Shown here piece by piece: positions 59,111-63,367 of a stretch of DNA of 63,367 nt. A program made the translations under genes and the position numbers. Each line of letters starts with the position of its first letter. Within the stretch, counting starts at the first letter, position 1. The stretch is from an uncultured Methanosarcinales archaeon (GTDB lineage: Archaea > Nanobdellota > Nanobdellia > Woesearchaeales > ARS49). The stretch spans positions 1 through 63,367 of the forward strand of contig CAYIEN010000006.1 in NCBI GenBank assembly GCA_964362535.1, in the 5' to 3' direction. The notes below the pieces were generated by a model. The model ran no database searches. It worked only from the letters and a program-made list of their open reading frames with translations, and was not told the DNA's origin.

Positions 59111-60424
59111 TTAGTAGTACGTTTGCGGTTGTGCCGGCTCGTTGTCCTTCATTCGGTTGTAGCCGACGAGGATGCCGAGGATGACCAACACAACGATCAA
59201 TGCCACGAAGAGGATGCCCGCGACTTTGCCGATTGTCGACCAAGCGCTGGAGTTCTTCATGACGTTTGCGGTCAAGGCGATCTGTTCGATTTGGCTGTTG
59301 CCTGCGTTCACGGTTGCCGTGAAGACGTGGGTGCCGACAGCTGCGTCGTCCTTAACATTGACTCCAATGTAGAAGGTTTTGCTTTCGCCTGACTTGATGA
59401 CCTGTGTGCTGGTCGGGCTGATGGTGACATCAGACCAGTCGCTTGCGCCGCTGACTGCGACGCTGTACGCGACATCAGTCTTGCCCGTGTTCGCGATGGT
59501 CAACGGGTAGATGACTTGGGAGCCCTGCTTGACGTTTTCAAGTTGGCTGCCGACGGTCAATGTGGTCTTCGGTGTTTGGTCTGCGACGTATGCATCATCT
59601 GCATCGACGTGGACTACCTTGCTGGATTCAACCGTGTCGTGGCCGTCGTTGTATGTTACAACAACGAGCATTTCGTAGTCGCCTGCTTTGGTTTCTCTCG
59701 GAATGCGGAGGTAGAGTTCTTCTGTTTCTTCTTCGTCATTCTGGTCGATGCTGTCGATGTAGTCGGATGCACTCAAGCCGAGTGCAGGGATGCTGACTTG
59801 GACTTTGACGTCGTTTTCGTCGCGCTGGCCGAAGTTTTCGACTCGGATGGTCGTCAAGAGTGCGCTTCCTGCCATGATGCTTGCTTCGGGGTACAAGGTG
59901 ATGTCCTTGACTTCGATGCTGTGGCGGGATTCGTCAATCTTCAAGTTGTAGTTGAGGCTGATTTCTTGGCCGTTTCTGTCCGTGAACAAGAGTCGGAGCT
60001 TGTAGCTGTCTTCTTGGATGTCCTTGGGCAACTTCATGGTCAAGGTCTTGGTATAAGTAGTGTCGTCTTCGACATCGAAGGGTCCGACAACGTCGTAGGG
60101 TGCTTCTGAAACGTGTTCGTATCCTGAGATGTAGGCTTGCAAGACGATGTTATCGTGCGATGCGGTGCCGGTGAAGGTTACTTTGACGTCAAATTCTTCG
60201 TTTCGTTCAACGCTGAGTTTGTTGTCTTGGTTTGCGCTGAGCGTGGTTCCGTCAACTTCGACTTCGTCGATGCTGATGGGGAGCGTGCTCTGTGCAACTT
60301 GTGTATTGGAACCTGCTTGGTTGCCGTTGTTGCCGCCGTTTCCGGGGAACAATTGTGCGCTTGCTACGCTTGCGAGTGCAAGCATGAACAATGCGATCAA
60401 TGCGAAAATTTTGTTGTTTGCCAT
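59111..60424 (-). CDS. S-layer-domain (COG1361/CARDB-like) surface protein with C-terminal TM anchor
   Basis: Signal MANNKIFALIALFMLALASVASA, repeated beta modules (FDVKVTFTGT, VENFGQRDENDVKVQVS, IANTGKTDVAYSV), C-terminal TM plus short tail. GTGAGGA SD, about 90-nt leader. Confidence 0.6.
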   Translation of the reverse strand: MANNKIFALIALFMLALASVASAQLFPGNGGNNGNQAGSNTQVAQSTLPISIDEVEVDGTTLSANQDNKLSVERNEEFDVKVTFTGTASHDNIVLQAYISGYEHVSEAPYDVVGPFDVEDDTTYTKTLTMKLPKDIQEDSYKLRLLFTDRNGQEISLNYNLKIDESRHSIEVKDITLYPEASIMAGSALLTTIRVENFGQRDENDVKVQVSIPALGLSASDYIDSIDQNDEEETEELYLRIPRETKAGDYEMLVVVTYNDGHDTVESSKVVHVDADDAYVADQTPKTTLTVGSQLENVKQGSQVIYPLTIANTGKTDVAYSVAVSGASDWSDVTISPTSTQVIKSGESKTFYIGVNVKDDAAVGTHVFTATVNAGNSQIEQIALTANVMKNSSAWSTIGKVAGILFVALIVVLVILGILVGYNRMKDNEPAQPQTYY

Positions 60425-60501
60425 GGTTTTTGTCCTCACTACGGGTGTGGTTGTATTATAATGTTTGTCTCAGCCCCCATTTCGGAGGAGAAACACTGTG
60501 T

Positions 60502-60519
60502 TGTTACTTGTTAGTAACA
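60502..60519. promoter_or_regulatory. Palindrome TGTTACT-N4-AGTAACA immediately downstream of the S-layer-gene TATA box (candidate operator)
   Basis: 7-bp perfect arms, located 8 nt downstream of TATA 60527-60536 on the minus strand, so around the expected TSS. Confidence 0.35.
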
Positions 60520-60526
60520 GTATCTA

Positions 60527-60536
60527 CTATATAAAG
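60527..60536 (-). promoter_or_regulatory. TATA box CTTTATATAG for gene 59111
   Basis: Strong TATA 5 nt after the stop of the upstream gene. Confidence 0.45.
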
Positions 60537-60540
60537 CTTC

Positions 60541-62319
60541 CTATTCGATTACCTGTATTTCTCGGTAAACGACTCGGTTTTCTTCATCGCTGTGGAGCGT
60601 GATTCTGACCGGGTAAAGGCCCACTTGCACGGCGTCCAAAGGCAAGAAGAGGAGCTTTGTTTCGTCGTCCCCAACACCTAAGTCGAACGGACCCATGTTT
60701 GCACGGAGGGCCAATTCTTGAACGACAACTGTTGCTTCCACATGGTGGAGTTTGCGGTTGCCGTTGTTCGTGAATGAGATGTAGAACGGTACATCGTTGC
60801 CGTTTTGCTGTTCGAACGCGTCGCCGATTCGGATGGTGTCGATGTGGATGCCAAAGACATCGCTTTCGACAGGTTCTGCCGGTGCGGGTGTCGGCGTCGG
60901 GATCGGAGTTACTGTTCCGTTACCGGGCGTCATGACCAAAAAGATGAATTGGTTGTAGTCCGTGATGGTTGCGGTGCCGCTCAACGTTTCGTAGTTCGGG
61001 TGCGTAATGACGTATGCGTACGTGCCAGGTTCGAGGTTGTCAAACATTGCTTGACCGTTTGCGTCGCTGGTCAGGTATTGTCCGTTCATGTTGAGGACTG
61101 CGCCCGAGATTTTTGCACCGCTGAACGAGTCAGACAATTGGAATGTTGCGCTGTAGGTCGGTTCTTCGTTAACTTGGACGTTCATTGCGATGGTGTCTGA
61201 AGGATTTGAAAGTCCGTTGCACATGCTGCTTGCGCCCATGCCGGTGACGCTGACTGCGTACATGCCTGCTTGCTGGGGTGTGAAGCTGAACGTGAAGCTT
61301 GCCGGGTCAACGTTGTTTGAGTTTGCCGGAAGCGTGCTCATGTCTTGTGTGTTCATGCCGGGGCCGTTAACATTAGCTGTCGTTCCGGTCGGAATCGGAG
61401 TCAATACGTAACCTGAGTCGCCGAATGCAACGTCGTTTGCGTGATTGCTGATTTTGTTGAACGTCATCGTGACGGTTTCGCCAACGAGCGGTACTTGCGG
61501 GCTTGCCGCGAGGTCATTCAAGATGGTGTAGCATTCGTTTCGAGGTAAGCTATCACCAACTTCGAACATTTTGCTGCTTTGTCCTTGGATGTTTGAGCTG
61601 CATTGGTTGTCAACGACGGTGGTCGTGATGACTGCGCTGTACGGTCCTGCGACGGTGGGTGTCCACGTGAAACTAACAGGTGCGTTTTCGTCTGCGAAAA
61701 GCGTTAAGTCTTCGGTTTGTGTGTCAACGAGGGAAAATACATCTCCGCCGATGATTTGGAAGATTTGGATTTGTACTTGGACATCTGCACTGTAGAATTC
61801 GTCCTTGAATTGGGAAGGAACGTATTCGAGTTGGTTGTCTGTCAAGGAGAATGCGCTTTGGACGTTTCCGTCAAGGCTTGCTTCCATGCTGACAACAACG
61901 GGAACGTTCGGTTGTGCCGTGTTCGTGATGCTGAATTGGTCGATGACTGCACGGCATGCCGGGATTTGGGTGAACATGTAGTTCAAATCAAGGGTGTATT
62001 CGCTGTCGTCGCCTTGGCTGTTCCAGGTTGCTTTTGCTTCGAGAGGAGCGTATCCTTCGGAAACAAAGTATACTCCGTAGCCGTTCGGTGTTGCGAGTGA
62101 ATCAGGATATCGAACGGTCAACGTTCCGTCACTGGTTGTTTGGCCGTCAGGGAAGCTTCCGCTGAAGTCCGAAACGCTTGAGCCATCTGCGTTGTCGAGG
62201 TCGTAAACCGCGGTTTCAACGTTGTTTGTGTTGAAATGGTAGGTGACGTCGACGTATGCGGATGCGAAGCTGGACATTAAGACCAGCATCAATGTGACGA
62301 TTGCGTTGAGTTTGTTCAT
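60541..62319 (-). CDS. Secreted multi-domain beta-rich protein (carboxypeptidase-regulatory-like and CARDB-like modules)
   Basis: Signal MNKLNAIVTLMLVLMSSFASA (ATG 62319 with AAGGTGA SD). SGAKISGAVLNMNGQYLTSDANGQAMFDNLEPGTYAY. PTPTPAPAEP linker. C-terminal CARDB-like FYISFTNNGNRKL. Confidence 0.6.
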   Translation of the reverse strand: MNKLNAIVTLMLVLMSSFASAYVDVTYHFNTNNVETAVYDLDNADGSSVSDFSGSFPDGQTTSDGTLTVRYPDSLATPNGYGVYFVSEGYAPLEAKATWNSQGDDSEYTLDLNYMFTQIPACRAVIDQFSITNTAQPNVPVVVSMEASLDGNVQSAFSLTDNQLEYVPSQFKDEFYSADVQVQIQIFQIIGGDVFSLVDTQTEDLTLFADENAPVSFTWTPTVAGPYSAVITTTVVDNQCSSNIQGQSSKMFEVGDSLPRNECYTILNDLAASPQVPLVGETVTMTFNKISNHANDVAFGDSGYVLTPIPTGTTANVNGPGMNTQDMSTLPANSNNVDPASFTFSFTPQQAGMYAVSVTGMGASSMCNGLSNPSDTIAMNVQVNEEPTYSATFQLSDSFSGAKISGAVLNMNGQYLTSDANGQAMFDNLEPGTYAYVITHPNYETLSGTATITDYNQFIFLVMTPGNGTVTPIPTPTPAPAEPVESDVFGIHIDTIRIGDAFEQQNGNDVPFYISFTNNGNRKLHHVEATVVVQELALRANMGPFDLGVGDDETKLLFLPLDAVQVGLYPVRITLHSDEENRVVYREIQVIE

Positions 62320-62330
62320 GTTATTCACCT

Positions 62331-63367
62331 TTACTTGATTCCGTTTCCGCCGGTTTCGCTGCCGCTGATGCCCTTCTTCGGGCTCGGGTCTGAGCTTCCG
62401 CCGCCGTTTCCGTTGCTGCCGTGGCCGCCATGTTTGAAAACGCCTGCGGAGTACAGGGTAAGGAGTACTTCTCCAGTAAAAATTACTGCGTTGACTGCCA
62501 AAATTCCTTCAGGGCACGAGTCGTCGATAAGCAACGGGTCTTTTCGTGCGCCGTAGAATGTTTCTGCATAAATGCGTCCAGTTTGCTGGAGGTTTTTGCC
62601 GAGGTGTTGGTGGTACTTGACCATTCCTGCATGGGTCACAATCGCTTTCGGGAAGTGCGCGTAGGGAGCAAAGTCTGAGCCAACATCGAGCACATTCAAG
62701 ATGCCGTCTTCAAGCGTTGTTTCGGGCTTGTATTTGGGCTGTGATTTTTCGATGATGCGCTTGTCTGCGTAAAGTGCGATACCGTGGAGCGATTCCGGCA
62801 AGAGTTTGTCTTCCGGTTGTGCGCGGACGTACTTGTCGTACGTTGCAGTCATGACCGGTTCTCTGATGTTGCTGGTCATTTTGCGCTTTCGGTAGGTGTC
62901 GTTGCTGTGGATTAATTTTGCGTTGTCTGCAAGTCGAGTTTCGAGAGCTGCATCGATGGTGGTTGTTTCGTCGTCGATGGTGATTTCTCTGTTAACTGCG
63001 GCGGTGCGTCCAAGCTGAAGTAAGCTGCCGTTGAGCAATGTCTTGCTGATGTTGTCATCAAGATTGATTTGCGTCAAGTATTCTTTGTTCCATGCGCCGT
63101 GTGCGCTCATGAAATAGTTTGAAAGTCGTGCAACGATTTGGACTTTGCGGGCGTTGATTTCGTAGCCTGCGATGGTTGCTTCGACTTTTTCGCGCAATGC
63201 AGGACTGAATGAGTCCATTCGGTCCTTGATGTCTGCGAGAGTGTCGCGGTATGCTTCGAATTTGGAAAGTTGCGATTCGAGTGCGGTGCGTGCATCGGTT
63301 GTGGTTTCAAGGACGTTTGCGTTCTTTTCGAGCAATTCTTTGATGAGTTGCGTAGTGAATTCTTTTT
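62331..63367 (-). CDS. Hypothetical protein with Gly-rich C-terminus; 5' end probably outside the window
   Basis: The frame is open from 62331 to the window edge; the track start at 63335 is only a TTG. Ends HGGHGSNGNGGGSS...GGNGIK. Its stop lies 11 nt before the next gene's ATG. Confidence 0.5.
   Translation of the reverse strand, partial: KEFTTQLIKELLEKNANVLETTTDARTALESQLSKFEAYRDTLADIKDRMDSFSPALREKVEATIAGYEINARKVQIVARLSNYFMSAHGAWNKEYLTQINLDDNISKTLLNGSLLQLGRTAAVNREITIDDETTTIDAALETRLADNAKLIHSNDTYRKRKMTSNIREPVMTATYDKYVRAQPEDKLLPESLHGIALYADKRIIEKSQPKYKPETTLEDGILNVLDVGSDFAPYAHFPKAIVTHAGMVKYHQHLGKNLQQTGRIYAETFYGARKDPLLIDDSCPEGILAVNAVIFTGEVLLTLYSAGVFKHGGHGSNGNGGGSSDPSPKKGISGSETGGNGIK

Noticed and set aside
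1-63367. Searched by eye for CRISPR arrays, cas genes, transposases, integrases, toxin-antitoxin pairs and rRNA.
   Set aside because: None found: no regularly spaced repeats, no DDE/tyrosine-recombinase motifs and no rRNA-like conserved stretches.

Overview
I read this as an archaeal chromosomal window. Evidence: aEF-1beta, Trm1, diphthine synthase, TFS, NucS/EndoMS, a Hel308-type helicase, ATP-dependent DNA ligase, XPD, archaeal/eukaryal-type uS15, tRNA-Gln with A1:U72, and BRE/TATA boxes 21-25 nt upstream of mostly leaderless start codons. A small-genome uncultivated (DPANN-like) lineage is my guess only. I find about 75 protein genes and 6 intron-less tRNAs without encoded CCA. I see no rRNA, no CRISPR array and no recognisable transposase or integrase. 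All functions come from motifs read by eye; no database search was possible. Housekeeping content: ftsZ, lig, topA, polX, xpd, nucS, adk, a dcd-thyX-tmk operon, msrB, signal peptidase. The unusual content sits mainly in three places. (1) About 15.2-29.5 kb is a patch of bacterial-type genes next to tRNA genes and two truncated archaeal genes (hel308 C-terminal part, dph2 N-terminal stub). The bacterial-type genes are a GGDEF cyclase with a degenerate GGDEF partner, a plsB-like acyltransferase overlapping gpsA, a plsC-like gene, and a FecR plus CHASE2 class III cyclase pair. (2) In a ChlI-like AAA+ / vWA operon, a G7 homopolymer separates two ORFs that one deleted G would fuse into a ChlD-like protein. 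(3) About 55.5-63.4 kb is a one-strand locus of large surface and membrane proteins, including an 868-aa mosaic protein. Other items include exported Kazal, ComEC-type MBL and AAA-less Lon proteins, a JAB gene coupled to polX, a tandem-fused ThyX, and two promoter-like elements with no ORF behind them.
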